Numbered from the stretch's first letter, positions 47,507-58,226 are shown. The stretch is 64,000 nt of DNA from Saccharofermentanales bacterium (GCA_050951925.1 JBMNJZ010000001.1:1195915-1259914); one strand, 5' to 3'. The notes: generated by a model from the letters alone, not told the origin. Numbers and translations: made by a program.

Positions 47507-50003
47507 GTCGCCGCGCAAAGAGTATCTGTTTTCTCTGACCTCAGTCCCATCGGCGGGTGATAAAGAACTGCGTTCGAATCTCCATCAGGCAGATCGCATT
47601 TTACATTTCAGTTTGCGCTTTGTCACTACTTTGATTTTTTCCCTACTGCTTACAAAGATTGTTTTGTCTATAAATGAAACTGTAATGAACTGGACTTTAC
47701 AGTTTTTTGTACAATTTGTCTTTCTCGTTATATTAGCAGTCAGTTATCGTTACTATAAAATAACTTTACTGGTATTTCTTGGCAGCGTAGTCATTTCTTT
47801 ATTAATTGCTGTCCTTTTTTTAACTGGTATTAGTAAGGGACTGTACAACTCAACGATAGCACCCGTTATCGATTTTATTGTTACCGGCGCTGACTATTTC
47901 CTGGGCAAGACGGATAACAATTATACTCAGATATCTTCATATTCTCTGGTACTTGGTCTTGTTATATTGATTATCTGCAGTCTGGGAATATATCTATCTT
48001 CACATCCCTGGCTAATGCTTGTTGCCATCGGCGGTTTAATGACTGTAAATCTTGAAGAGTGGATTAGTACAGATTATCTGCTGTTTTTCGTCGGCACCGC
48101 TTGTTTGTTGATTATGATGAGCATGCAAAAACATGTCCTCGGACAGAATACAAAAGGTAACGCCTCATTATTTGCCCCTCGCAGTTGGACATATAAGGAA
48201 AGTGGCAAACGATTATTGGCATCAGTTTTGGTTACTTCACTTGTTATTGGCGTCCATCTCATCATTCCGCGTGATTTTTTCTATAACAGTGCGATTGATC
48301 GACTGATCAGTCGTCTGACCGGCAAAAGTCATATAAAGGATGATACCGTAGGCTACGTAGAATTCAGTATCGCCGAAGCTGGTTTTTATCCTTTGGAGAG
48401 TCGCTTGGGCGGACCTGTTGATCCCTTGGATGAAATGTTTATGTATGTAACAACAGGCCCTCAGGAGATATATCTGCGCGGCGCCACTTTCAGAACATAT
48501 ACCGGAATAAGGTGGATCCAGGACTCAATGGATCAAAACTGGATGTTAAATCATAACAGAAACAAAGACATGCAGGCTAAAATTATGGGTCTTTCCGTTG
48601 CAGGCCTGGAAGACGCAGACGATCTGCGCAATCCGGTATTCCCTTTATTAAGTCAGAATTATGTTCTGACACCGGTTGCCAAACAGCAGGTTATTTTCAA
48701 TGGCGGAAGAATTGATACAGTCAGGTATACTGAAAGCGGAAATGAAGTTTTTGCTTATTTTAATCCCTCAGGAACATTATATGCGGATCAGTCAATCCCA
48801 GACGAAGGATATACGGTAGAAGGACAGATATTTCAGTTAGCGGCTATTCAGGATATCGAAAAATTACAGATGTTTCAGCTTGGTCTAGGTCCCATGCAGA
48901 ATGAATACCTACTGGATATAGACGAACGTAAAGCATGGACTGATCTCTACAATAAAGAGGCTTTAGCGGCATATCTGCAGGATTCTGAACCGGAGCTTTG
49001 GCAGTTGATAGCGGATCAGACGATGGAAGCGGCTCCCAAAGCGCTAAAATTACGTGAATGGGTTGCCGATAATATCAGATATCGATTAGATGTGCCGGCT
49101 CCGGATCCAAATGAAGATTTTGCACTTCATGTACTGAAGACAAAAGAGGGTTACTGTACCTATACCGGTACATTATTAACTGCTCTTTGCAGAATTGCAA
49201 ACATTCCAGCGCGCTATGTCGAAGGCTTTGTTGTCAAGGCTGATGCCTCAGCTGACTGGACAGTTTTTACTACAAGGTCTATAAATGGAAACAGTGCTCA
49301 TGCCTGGACAGAAATTTTTCTTGATGAAATCGGCTGGTTGCCAATTGACGGTACGCCGGCTGCTGCTCAGGAACAAATATCAGGGCGAGATCAGATCCCT
49401 GAGCCAACACCGTCACCAACGCCTCAACCTGAAACTGAAGAAACTGAGCCACCCGAACTGCCCGAGGAGCCGACACCTGAAGTCTCCGATCCTGAAGCTC
49501 CAAGTGACAGCGAACAGGAAGAGCAAACAAGCGCATTATCCGACTTGTTTAAAAAATTGGGCGGCATTCTGGTAATAATCCTGCGAATCTTCGCGTATCT
49601 GTTGCCACTTTTAATTTATCTATTATGGCGTAGACTGGTATATAAGCGCAGACATGATCCTTCCTGGCTGCACAATCGCTTTGCTGAAAAACCGCAAGAG
49701 CTTCTGCAGGCTATCCGTCAGGATCTTAAACAGATTTGGGGTTTGCAAGGTATTGAGCAAAAGAGTGGCGAAACTTTGAGGCAGTGGTTTACATCTGCTG
49801 CGATTGCATCGTATGATGCTCAAATATCACTCTATTTAATGGAACAGGCCATTTATTCCGCAGGGTTAACCTGTCTTGAACATGAAGAATGGGATAGCTT
49901 ATTGGCTTTCTATTTGGCCGAGGAAGTAAAATTAAAGGTGAGTATAACGAAACTGAAATGGTTTACAGGACGTTTTCTCTGGTCTTACAAACATCCCTTG
50001 TGA
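47499..50003 (+). CDS. Membrane transglutaminase-like protein
   Basis: Multiple TMs, YLRG..F..Y.G..W, GYCTY, IPARYVEGF, HAWTE, DGTP; Pro/Glu linker and C-terminal TM. Confidence 0.85.
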   Translation: MIKSPRKEYLFSLTSVPSAGDKELRSNLHQADRILHFSLRFVTTLIFSLLLTKIVLSINETVMNWTLQFFVQFVFLVILAVSYRYYKITLLVFLGSVVISLLIAVLFLTGISKGLYNSTIAPVIDFIVTGADYFLGKTDNNYTQISSYSLVLGLVILIICSLGIYLSSHPWLMLVAIGGLMTVNLEEWISTDYLLFFVGTACLLIMMSMQKHVLGQNTKGNASLFAPRSWTYKESGKRLLASVLVTSLVIGVHLIIPRDFFYNSAIDRLISRLTGKSHIKDDTVGYVEFSIAEAGFYPLESRLGGPVDPLDEMFMYVTTGPQEIYLRGATFRTYTGIRWIQDSMDQNWMLNHNRNKDMQAKIMGLSVAGLEDADDLRNPVFPLLSQNYVLTPVAKQQVIFNGGRIDTVRYTESGNEVFAYFNPSGTLYADQSIPDEGYTVEGQIFQLAAIQDIEKLQMFQLGLGPMQNEYLLDIDERKAWTDLYNKEALAAYLQDSEPELWQLIADQTMEAAPKALKLREWVADNIRYRLDVPAPDPNEDFALHVLKTKEGYCTYTGTLLTALCRIANIPARYVEGFVVKADASADWTVFTTRSINGNSAHAWTEIFLDEIGWLPIDGTPAAAQEQISGRDQIPEPTPSPTPQPETEETEPPELPEEPTPEVSDPEAPSDSEQEEQTSALSDLFKKLGGILVIILRIFAYLLPLLIYLLWRRLVYKRRHDPSWLHNRFAEKPQELLQAIRQDLKQIWGLQGIEQKSGETLRQWFTSAAIASYDAQISLYLMEQAIYSAGLTCLEHEEWDSLLAFYLAEEVKLKVSITKLKWFTGRFLWSYKHPL

Positions 50004-50026
50004 TTGTGTAAGAAATTGCCTATAGG

Positions 50027-51493
50027 ATGAGCCAGGATATGCGAGAGACTAACAAAATTACAGCACTTGATGCCTATCCCGTACTTAAAGACTGGATTTG
50101 TCAACACCATGCTCTAAACGGTGTTCAACCTAAATATTATATTCGCACATTTGGTTGCCAGCAGAACGAGGCAGACAGTGAGATAATGGCGGGAATTTTA
50201 GAGGATGTCGGATTTTTACCAGGCGATTCATATGAAACTGGCGACCTAATCTTGATCAACACTTGTAGTGTCAGAGCCAATGCCGAAGACAGATTTTTTG
50301 GTCATTTGGGCAGCATAAAGCAATTTGCCGGCGAAAAGGGGGGACGTATCATTGGTGTCTGTGGCTGCATGATGGCGCAGGATATTCACAGAAACAGAAT
50401 TGAGCAGTCGTTTCGCTTTGTAGATTTCCTCTTAAGGCCTGATCAGATATCCTCTCTTTTATTTATGATTGAAAAGGGGCTGATCCACAAGTCAGTTTAT
50501 TATACTGAAGGACATACTTCCAAATTTCACGAAAACTTACCGATATCAAGACAAAGAAGATACCGTGCTCTGATATCGATTATGTACGGCTGCAATAACT
50601 ATTGTTCATATTGTATTGTCCCATATACCCGGGGGCGTGAAAGAAGTCGCCATCCGAATGATATCATACAAGAAATTATGCATGTTGCTGCCGATGGTAT
50701 TCCTGAAATTCTGCTTCTAGGTCAGAATGTAAATGCCTGGGGTAAAGATTTTAAAGATCATAAACAGCAGAATTTTGCCTGGCTGTTGTCTAAAGTCGCT
50801 GAGATCGAAGGGGTTTGTAGAATTAGATTTATGACATCACATCCTAAGGATCTCTCGGATCAACTAATTGAGACTATAGGCAGTATTGAAAAAATCGAAC
50901 CCCATGTGCATTTGCCCTTGCAATCCGGCAGTAACCGCATTTTGGCAAGGATGAACAGACAATACAGTCGTGAGCAATATCTGGAAATTGTAAGTAAGCT
51001 TAGAAGAGCCAGGCCTGGTCTAAGCATATCTACAGATATTATTGTAGGTTTTCCGGGTGAGAATTTGCCGGATTTTATGGATACTATTGATGTGATGGAT
51101 AAGATTAGATTCGACAGTGCTTTTACCTTTATATACAGTCCACGAATCGGAACTCCGGCCGCAGAATGGTACAATCCATTAAATAGAGATATTATACAGG
51201 AAAGATTTGAGCACTTGGTTAAATTGCAGAATGAGCATAGTTTGAATGCAAATCAGAAGCTCATTGGACACAGTGTAGAAGTATTATGTGAGGGGATCAG
51301 TTCGGTTGATATAACAATTTTGTCAGGAAGGACAGCAGATAATCGTTTAGTAAATTTTATTCCTCGGAACATGAATGGAACAAATGTTTTTTCTAAGCAA
51401 ATTCCTGTGGATGACAGGGAAGGGGAGTTTATACCAGTACGTATTACCGATGCCAAGACTTTTTCGCTTTTAGGTGAGGAAATATGCCATTAA
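50027..51493 (+). CDS. miaB: tRNA methylthiotransferase MiaB
   Basis: TFGCQQNEADSE, NTCSVR, GCNNYCSYCIVP, GQNVN, TSHP, TRAM domain. Confidence 0.94.
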   Translation: MSQDMRETNKITALDAYPVLKDWICQHHALNGVQPKYYIRTFGCQQNEADSEIMAGILEDVGFLPGDSYETGDLILINTCSVRANAEDRFFGHLGSIKQFAGEKGGRIIGVCGCMMAQDIHRNRIEQSFRFVDFLLRPDQISSLLFMIEKGLIHKSVYYTEGHTSKFHENLPISRQRRYRALISIMYGCNNYCSYCIVPYTRGRERSRHPNDIIQEIMHVAADGIPEILLLGQNVNAWGKDFKDHKQQNFAWLLSKVAEIEGVCRIRFMTSHPKDLSDQLIETIGSIEKIEPHVHLPLQSGSNRILARMNRQYSREQYLEIVSKLRRARPGLSISTDIIVGFPGENLPDFMDTIDVMDKIRFDSAFTFIYSPRIGTPAAEWYNPLNRDIIQERFEHLVKLQNEHSLNANQKLIGHSVEVLCEGISSVDITILSGRTADNRLVNFIPRNMNGTNVFSKQIPVDDREGEFIPVRITDAKTFSLLGEEICH

Positions 51494-54121
51494 CGCTCAA
51501 AGATATTGCCGGTGAAAAACTGTCGCCAATGATGGAACAATATGTCGCTGAGAAAAATAGGCGACCTGATTGTATATTGTTCTATCGTTTAGGCGATTTC
51601 TTCGAACTATTTTTTGACGACGCAATACTTGCAGCCCGTGAATTGGAACTGACACTTACCAAGAGAGACTGCGGACTTCCTGAGAGAGCACCCATGTGCG
51701 GTGTACCCCATCATGCAGCCGATCTTTACATCAATCGCCTGGTAAACAAGGGCTATAAGGTCGCTATCTGTGACCAGGTGGAAGACGCCAGCCAAGCAAA
51801 AGGCTTAGTCAAGCGTGAGATCGTAAGGATAGTTACACCCGGAACGGTAACTGATTCTACCGCTCTCGATGAAAAAATGTATGCATATATTGTCTCGGTT
51901 TACCGGGCAGGTCATGTATTCGGCCTGGCCGCCTGCGATGTTACCTCCGGACATTTTGAAACAACAGCCTTACTGAGCGAAGCGGCCGATAAACGATTAA
52001 TTGATGAATTGGCCAGGCTTTGTCCGCGTGAGTTATTAATTAACCAACCTAGCTTAGAAGATCCGGCTATATTGAGCTGGTTAAAAGAGAATGATGATAT
52101 TTCTGTAACAGTCCTGTCTGATGATTATTTTATTCCCGCAGGCATTGATTCTGATATACTGGCATACTCGGATGCAGACTATCTTTGGCCGAATGCATCT
52201 GCTGCCTTAGTGCGTTATATCGCAGACAATCAATTACAGTTGCCTCGGAATATTAGAAAAATCTTCCCCTATCGACAACAGGATTATATGTTATTGGATC
52301 AAGCAGCACGTAGAAATCTTGAACTGACTGAGACGATTAGAGATCGCTCATGTAAAGGCAGTCTGCTCTGGGTGATGGATCGTACCAAGACCAGTATGGG
52401 TAGCCGTTTGCTTCGTAGCTGGTTGGAGCAACCGTTACTTAATCGAACTGATATTGATGCCAGACTGGATGCTGTAGCAGATTTTCTAAAGCAATTCATC
52501 GTCAGAGAGAACTGCCGTGAAATGTTGGCAGGTCTCTACGATTTGGAGCGACTCTCCGGGCGAATCGGACTGGGAACGGTAAATGCACGCGATTTAATCG
52601 CCTTAAAGAATGTCTTAGAGCAGATTCCCTTGCTTAGATCCGAATTGGAGAATATGTCAGCAGATACTTTGCAGGATCTGATTTCGGATCTTGAGCCGCA
52701 TACTGATCTCTATACATTGTTAGAACAAGCACTGGTAGATGATCCGCCAATTTCACTAACTGAGGGAAAGCTGATTAAACAAGGCTTTAATGAGGAAGTG
52801 GATACCTATAGAGATATTGCTGATAGAGGTCAGGACTGGCTTTTAGAATATGAGCAAAAGGAGAGAGAAAAAACCGGAATTAAGAACCTGCGTGTGAGCT
52901 ACAATAAGGTCTTTGGCTACTTTATTGAAATTACTAAGTCAAATCTGCACTTGGTCCCTGATCGCTACATTCGTAAGCAAACTCTGACAAATGCTGAAAG
53001 ATATATTTCGGTGGAGCTGAAGGAGCGGGAAGACAAATTACTTGGCGCTAAACAAAAATTGAATGATCTCGAATATGAACTATTTTCCTGGATCAGAGAT
53101 CAAGTAAAAAGAAACTTGTCATCATTGCAAAGAACCGCCAGAGCTCTGGCAGGCCTGGACGTATATGCCGGTCTGGCTGATCTGGCAGATCGCGAAAACT
53201 ATGTGCGTCCTGAAATTACAGACGATGATTGTCTGATTATATCGCAAGGAAGACATCCGGTTTTATCCAGGCTTACGGCACAAAACAGTTTTGTTCCCAA
53301 TGATCTGGAGCTCAACACCCGCGATCGTCGCTGTATGGTGTTAACAGGCCCTAATATGTCGGGTAAGTCAACCTATATGCGACAAAATGCACTAATCGTC
53401 GTGATGGCTCAAATGGGTAGTTTTGTGCCCGCTCAATCCGCTAGTATTGGACTGGTTGACAGAATTTTTACCAGAGTCGGAGCGGCAGATGACATCGGAA
53501 GTGGCCAATCAACTTTTATGGTAGAAATGACTGAAGTCGCAACGATTATGAGTCAGGCCACAGCATCCAGCCTATTAATTTTAGATGAAATTGGCAGAGG
53601 TACCAGTACATATGACGGTTTATCAATTGCCTGGTCCGTATTGGAGCATATTGCAGATAAAGCATATCTTGGCTGTAGAACCTTATTTGCCACGCATTAT
53701 CACGAGTTGACCGATTTAGCAGAGCTCAAAGACGGGTATCTTTAATACACATGTAGCTGTAAGTGAAAATGACGGAGAAATTATTTTTTTGTATCAAATC
53801 CGCCCTGGCGGCACAGATGATAGTTATGGTATCGAAGTAGCAAGACTTGCCGGAGTGCCACAATCTGTAGTAACCAGAGCCAGAGAACTGGTAATGCAGC
53901 TTGAGTCTGATAATCAAGGTAAAAGACTTGTGATGAGGAAAGGTGCAAAGCCGCAGGAAGGCCAGATTGATCTTTTCAGTACCGCGCGCAGTGTCTATGA
54001 GGCAGATAAACTTATTGCAGAGATCGAAAAGATCGATATTGATCAGATGCGACCGATAGATGCGTTAAGCAAATTGCATGATTTAGTTAAAATGGCTGAA
54101 AAAATGCGTAACCAAAGTTAA
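51484..54121 (+). pseudogene. mutS: DNA mismatch repair protein MutS, split by a +1 frameshift near 53734-53745 (ORFs 51484-53745 and ~53741-54121)
   Basis: GDFFELF, GPNMSGKST, STFMVEM, DEIGRGTST, FATHYHEL in the first frame; FNTHVAV...IIFLYQI..G..DDSYGIEVARLAGVP...QIDLF continues in the +1 frame. Confidence 0.9.
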
Positions 54122-54130
54122 GAGGAACTC

Positions 54131-56059
54131 ATGACTGTAATCAAAAAATTAGACCAGCTAACTATCAATCATATCGCTGCAGGTGAGGTTGTTGAAAGGC
54201 CTGCCTCCGTAGTCAAGGAATTAATTGACAACTCTTTGGATGCAGGTGCGACACAAATTTTAGTCTCAATTCGCAATGGCGGAATAAGTGAGATAGAGGT
54301 CAGCGATAATGGCGGAGGCATGGCAGAAGAGGACGCCAGACACTGTTTATTGAGTCATTTCACCAGCAAGATTGCTACTATAGACGATTTAGAAACAATT
54401 ACAACGATGGGATTTAGGGGAGAGGCTTTACCCAGCATTGCCTCAATTTCTCGTCTAAGACTGCGCACACGAGAGCCCGGTGTGGAGTCGGGCTATGAAA
54501 TCAAAGCTGAAGGTGGAAAGATTTTCGCTGCCAATCCGTGCTCGTGCCCGGAGGGAACGGCAGTTACTGTCAATGATCTGTTCTATAATACGCCGGCCAG
54601 ATATAAATTTTTGAAGAAAGACAGTCTGGAAGCCAGTTATATAACGGATATTATGAGCAAACTAGCTTTAACCCGGCCGGATGTATCTTTTCGACTAATT
54701 AATGAGGCAGGGAAGAGCTTACTCTATACACCAGGGAATAATGATCTTTTAAGTACAATTTATGCCGTTTTCGACCGCAAGACAGCTGAGGGCATGGTCC
54801 CCTTTGATAATCAAATACCTCCTGTAATAATTTCCGGTTATATCTCAACGCCTGAAAACGCACGTGGTAATCGGTCACGACAAATTTTCATAGTCAATGG
54901 CAGAAATATCAATGCCAGAATAATTTCTGTTGCTGTTGATGAAGCAATCCGTGGCTGGTTTGTCAAAGGCAGATTTCCGGCCTTAGTCATGCAGATTAAT
55001 ATTCCACCGGAGCTAGTTGATATAAATGTCCATCCCCAAAAAAGAGAACTGAGATTTTGGCAAGAAAGTGAAGTATTCGGTGCGGTCTATCATACTATTC
55101 AGAATGCTCTGACATCAGCTTCGGGAATTCCCAGGATTGGGGATCAAAATAAGGCTCCAATACAACTTGCTTCACATTCTCCTGTTGACAGCAAGATGGA
55201 AGTATCTAGTGCTGTAAGAGACAAAACAACCGGTTTGGCAAGATACAATAAACAACAGAAACTGGAAAAACATTCAGATCTATCATTACCAGACACAAAG
55301 GTCATTATATTTCAAGAGGCGGAAGAGACTACGGCTAAGGATAATCAAAGTGCTTGTGTCGATATCCTGCCTGATCAATCAAATAGAAATACAACCATAC
55401 CTTTAGAGCAGACAAATATACCGAATCAAGTTCCACCGGGACAAATATCTATTGATTATATGGAGGTCGGTAGTCTCCAGAATGCTCGTATTATCGGCGT
55501 GTATGCAAATACCTATATCTTGCTCGAAACAGAAGGCGAACTGGTCATAATTGATCAGCATGCCGCACATGAGCGTATCTTATTTGAGGAATTATTGAAT
55601 AAGAAACCTAATCAAAAAAAGAAAATGCCCAGTCAGTTATTGCTAAAACCGCTGAAATTAAATATAACTCAGCTTGAGCTTGCAGCATTGACGGAATATC
55701 AAGAGCAAATACAGCAACTGGGTTTTGATTATGAGAATTTTGGTCCTGATTCTATTGTGATCCGCGCGGTTCCTGAAGTACGCTCAGAACTTAATCCTGA
55801 GCTTGCTTTTTCCGCTGTCATAGAAGCTTGTGTTAATGAAAATATAACATTAGCAAATGGCAGACAAGATCTTTTGCATGATATTGCTTGCAAAGCTGCT
55901 GTAAAGGCTCATGACAGATTAGATTGCTTGGAAATAAAGCGTCTTCTATCCGACTTGCAAAATCTGGAGAATCCTTATCATTGTCCCCATGGCAGACCAG
56001 TGCTAATACGATTTTCTCGCCATGATCTTGACAAGATGTTTAAGAGAATAATTGGATAA
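54131..56059 (+). CDS. mutL: DNA mismatch repair endonuclease MutL
   Basis: IAAGEVVERP, GFRGEAL, DQHAAHER, ACKAA, CPHGRP. Confidence 0.96.
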   Translation: MTVIKKLDQLTINHIAAGEVVERPASVVKELIDNSLDAGATQILVSIRNGGISEIEVSDNGGGMAEEDARHCLLSHFTSKIATIDDLETITTMGFRGEALPSIASISRLRLRTREPGVESGYEIKAEGGKIFAANPCSCPEGTAVTVNDLFYNTPARYKFLKKDSLEASYITDIMSKLALTRPDVSFRLINEAGKSLLYTPGNNDLLSTIYAVFDRKTAEGMVPFDNQIPPVIISGYISTPENARGNRSRQIFIVNGRNINARIISVAVDEAIRGWFVKGRFPALVMQINIPPELVDINVHPQKRELRFWQESEVFGAVYHTIQNALTSASGIPRIGDQNKAPIQLASHSPVDSKMEVSSAVRDKTTGLARYNKQQKLEKHSDLSLPDTKVIIFQEAEETTAKDNQSACVDILPDQSNRNTTIPLEQTNIPNQVPPGQISIDYMEVGSLQNARIIGVYANTYILLETEGELVIIDQHAAHERILFEELLNKKPNQKKKMPSQLLLKPLKLNITQLELAALTEYQEQIQQLGFDYENFGPDSIVIRAVPEVRSELNPELAFSAVIEACVNENITLANGRQDLLHDIACKAAVKAHDRLDCLEIKRLLSDLQNLENPYHCPHGRPVLIRFSRHDLDKMFKRIIG

Positions 56060-56067
56060 ACTGCGCA

Positions 56068-57024
56068 ATGGTAAGCAAACATAAAGATGAAGCAGGGAAA
56101 TGGGCACACAGATTAGCAGGTTTTTGCGATTTTATCGTTGAGTCGGCACTCGAGCGAGCCGATATTACTGCAATTTTGATCTGCGGGCCAACAGCATCAG
56201 GCAAATCCAGCCTAGCTATGTGTGTTGCTGAAAGACTTAACGGATTGATTGTTTCGGCTGATTCTATGCAATTGTACCGTGGATTTGACATTGGCACTGC
56301 AAAGCCAACTCAGACAGACCAGAAAAGAATCACGCATGAAATGATCGATATCCTTGATCCTGATCAAAGCTATAGCGTAGCTTTATATGTTGAGTCTGTC
56401 GCTAGAATATTGAAGGAAGCCCAACAATCAAAAAAACAAATTGTAATATGTGGCGGAACCGGCCAATATATCTCTGCCCTTTTGGATGGAATCAGCTATG
56501 CTAAGCACAGTAGAGATCATTTATTAAGAGCTGAAATTGAAAGAGAGGTGGACGACAGCGGTCTTGAGATACTTTGGCAGAAGTTAGTCAAATTAGATCC
56601 CCAAGCTGCGCAGACAATTGCTCCGAGTGATAGGCGCCGAATTGTCAGATTCCACGAACAGTATCGGTTGACAGGCAAGACTCGTACTGTAATTAACCAG
56701 CAATCGAGATTGCCAGACAGTTTGCACCGCTTCGTTGCTTATTACATCGATCCGGGTAAGGCAGAGTTAAATCAGAGAATAATTGATAGGGTAGATCAAA
56801 TGCTTGCTGCAGGCTTAGTAGAAGAAACCAGATCTCTACTCAGTAAATATCCTGATATAAGTTTACAGCCTTATTCAGGCATTGGTTACCGGGAGACTAT
56901 TGCCTATCTCCAGGGTCAATTTAGTCTGTCTGAAACGAGGGATTGGATCATTATTCATACCAGACAATATGCCAAAAGGCAGCGTACATGGTTTCGTCCA
57001 CGTACCGATCTATTTCGCTTTTAA
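56068..57024 (+). CDS. miaA: tRNA dimethylallyltransferase
   Basis: GPTASGKS, SADSMQLY, IGTAKP, GGTG.Y, YAKRQRTWF. Confidence 0.94.
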   Translation: MVSKHKDEAGKWAHRLAGFCDFIVESALERADITAILICGPTASGKSSLAMCVAERLNGLIVSADSMQLYRGFDIGTAKPTQTDQKRITHEMIDILDPDQSYSVALYVESVARILKEAQQSKKQIVICGGTGQYISALLDGISYAKHSRDHLLRAEIEREVDDSGLEILWQKLVKLDPQAAQTIAPSDRRRIVRFHEQYRLTGKTRTVINQQSRLPDSLHRFVAYYIDPGKAELNQRIIDRVDQMLAAGLVEETRSLLSKYPDISLQPYSGIGYRETIAYLQGQFSLSETRDWIIIHTRQYAKRQRTWFRPRTDLFRF

Positions 57025-57203
57025 TTTCAAATCCTGTTCTTTTAACATCTGTTTTATATAAAACTGTCTACTATTGTCGTGCCTTGACACGATTTAATTA
57101 TTTTATTGGTGTTTATGTACTATTATATGATAAAATTACATATCTTGCTCTTATGCAATATAAGAGCAGATATATAATTATCAAGAAAGGAATAGAAGCT
57201 GAA

Positions 57204-57542
57204 ATGAAATACAGTAATTTCCCCGATTGTTTTTTAGCAAAACCTGAAGGAATATTAAAAACTCATGTTGAGGAACAATTCCTGCAGAAATGTGTAGCCA
57301 GTAGTATTCCTGTAGAAATATTGTATCTGGATGAAAGATGCATAGCCGCTATAATTCTGGATTTTGATGATGTTTCAATCTTTGTAGACCATAACGGTTC
57401 ACGGCTACTAATATACAAGCAGGCATTGGCACATATTCGCCCTCAAATGGCCGTGAAATATGTATACCGAGATAAGGATTTGTCCTCAGAAGAGCTGGAA
57501 GCGTTACAGCGCTGGGCGAAACACTCCACGTACTATGCCTAA
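57204..57542 (+). CDS. hfq: Divergent Hfq / Sm-like protein
   Basis: Position after miaA; FL......IPVEI, I..FD...I, LLIYKQAL..I.P align to Sm1/Sm2; ATG 57204 follows AAAGGA. Confidence 0.7.
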   Translation: MKYSNFPDCFLAKPEGILKTHVEEQFLQKCVASSIPVEILYLDERCIAAIILDFDDVSIFVDHNGSRLLIYKQALAHIRPQMAVKYVYRDKDLSSEELEALQRWAKHSTYYA

Positions 57543-58133
57543 AATCCGATATGACTCATCTTCAAAGGGGATTAGGGAATAGGCCGAGTTTTCCGGTTTG
57601 AGATAGATGTGATTGTTTTCACTTACCAGGCGCTTTACAGTAGCTTCAGTATCCAGCAAAGCGACAACAATCTGTCCTAGCTCAGCTGTAGGCTGTTTAC
57701 GAACAAAAACTATATCTCCATCCAGGATATGGGCATCTCTCATGCTGTCACCACTGACGCTGAGAGCAAACATATCATCTGAATCGGGGAAGTAACCGGC
57801 AGGAACAGAAAGCTCACGCTCTATATTCTGAGATGCCAGAATTGGGAGACCCGCTGTCACACGTCCAATCAGCGGGATTTTTCGCTCACTACCTTGCTCC
57901 AGAGCGGGAACGCTAATGGCTCGTCTTTTCCCCGGTTTCATCTCGATTCTGCCAAGTTCACTAAGTCGTTTCAGATGATTGTGTACAGTAGAAGTTGATT
58001 TTATACCGACACCTTTGCAAATATCGCGGATCGAAGGCGGATAGCCATTCTTTCTGATATAATCAACCAGGAAGCTATAAACCAACTCTACAGTTTGTTC
58101 AACAGTTGCGCGAGTGAATGGATGTTTATTCAT
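57504..58133 (-). CDS. lexA: SOS repressor LexA
   Basis: GYPPSIRDI, STSTVH.HL..L, GRVTAG.PILA, GDSM, ATVKR. Confidence 0.95.
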   Translation of the reverse strand: MNKHPFTRATVEQTVELVYSFLVDYIRKNGYPPSIRDICKGVGIKSTSTVHNHLKRLSELGRIEMKPGKRRAISVPALEQGSERKIPLIGRVTAGLPILASQNIERELSVPAGYFPDSDDMFALSVSGDSMRDAHILDGDIVFVRKQPTAELGQIVVALLDTEATVKRLVSENNHIYLKPENSAYSLIPFEDESYRILGIVRGVFRPAL

Positions 58134-58187
58134 TAATTCCTCCAGAAAACATACAATGGATAAAAATTATTACGCTAAATTACGCTA

Positions 58188-58226
58188 ATCTTATCCTTAA
58201 ACTGAGATCTTGTCAAACACTTGTTC
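58188..58226 (-). promoter_or_regulatory. lexA promoter with an overlapping SOS box
   Basis: Minus strand GAAC-AAGT-GTTT overlapping TTGACA-17 nt-TAAGAT. Confidence 0.75.

Noticed and set aside
49396..49530. Pro/Glu/Thr repeat-like stretch
   Set aside because: Ordinary low-complexity linker of the transglutaminase protein
56943..57203. N-terminal part of the 199-aa ORF in the track
   Set aside because: AT-rich intergenic read-through overlapping miaA; the RBS and Hfq similarity begin at ATG 57204
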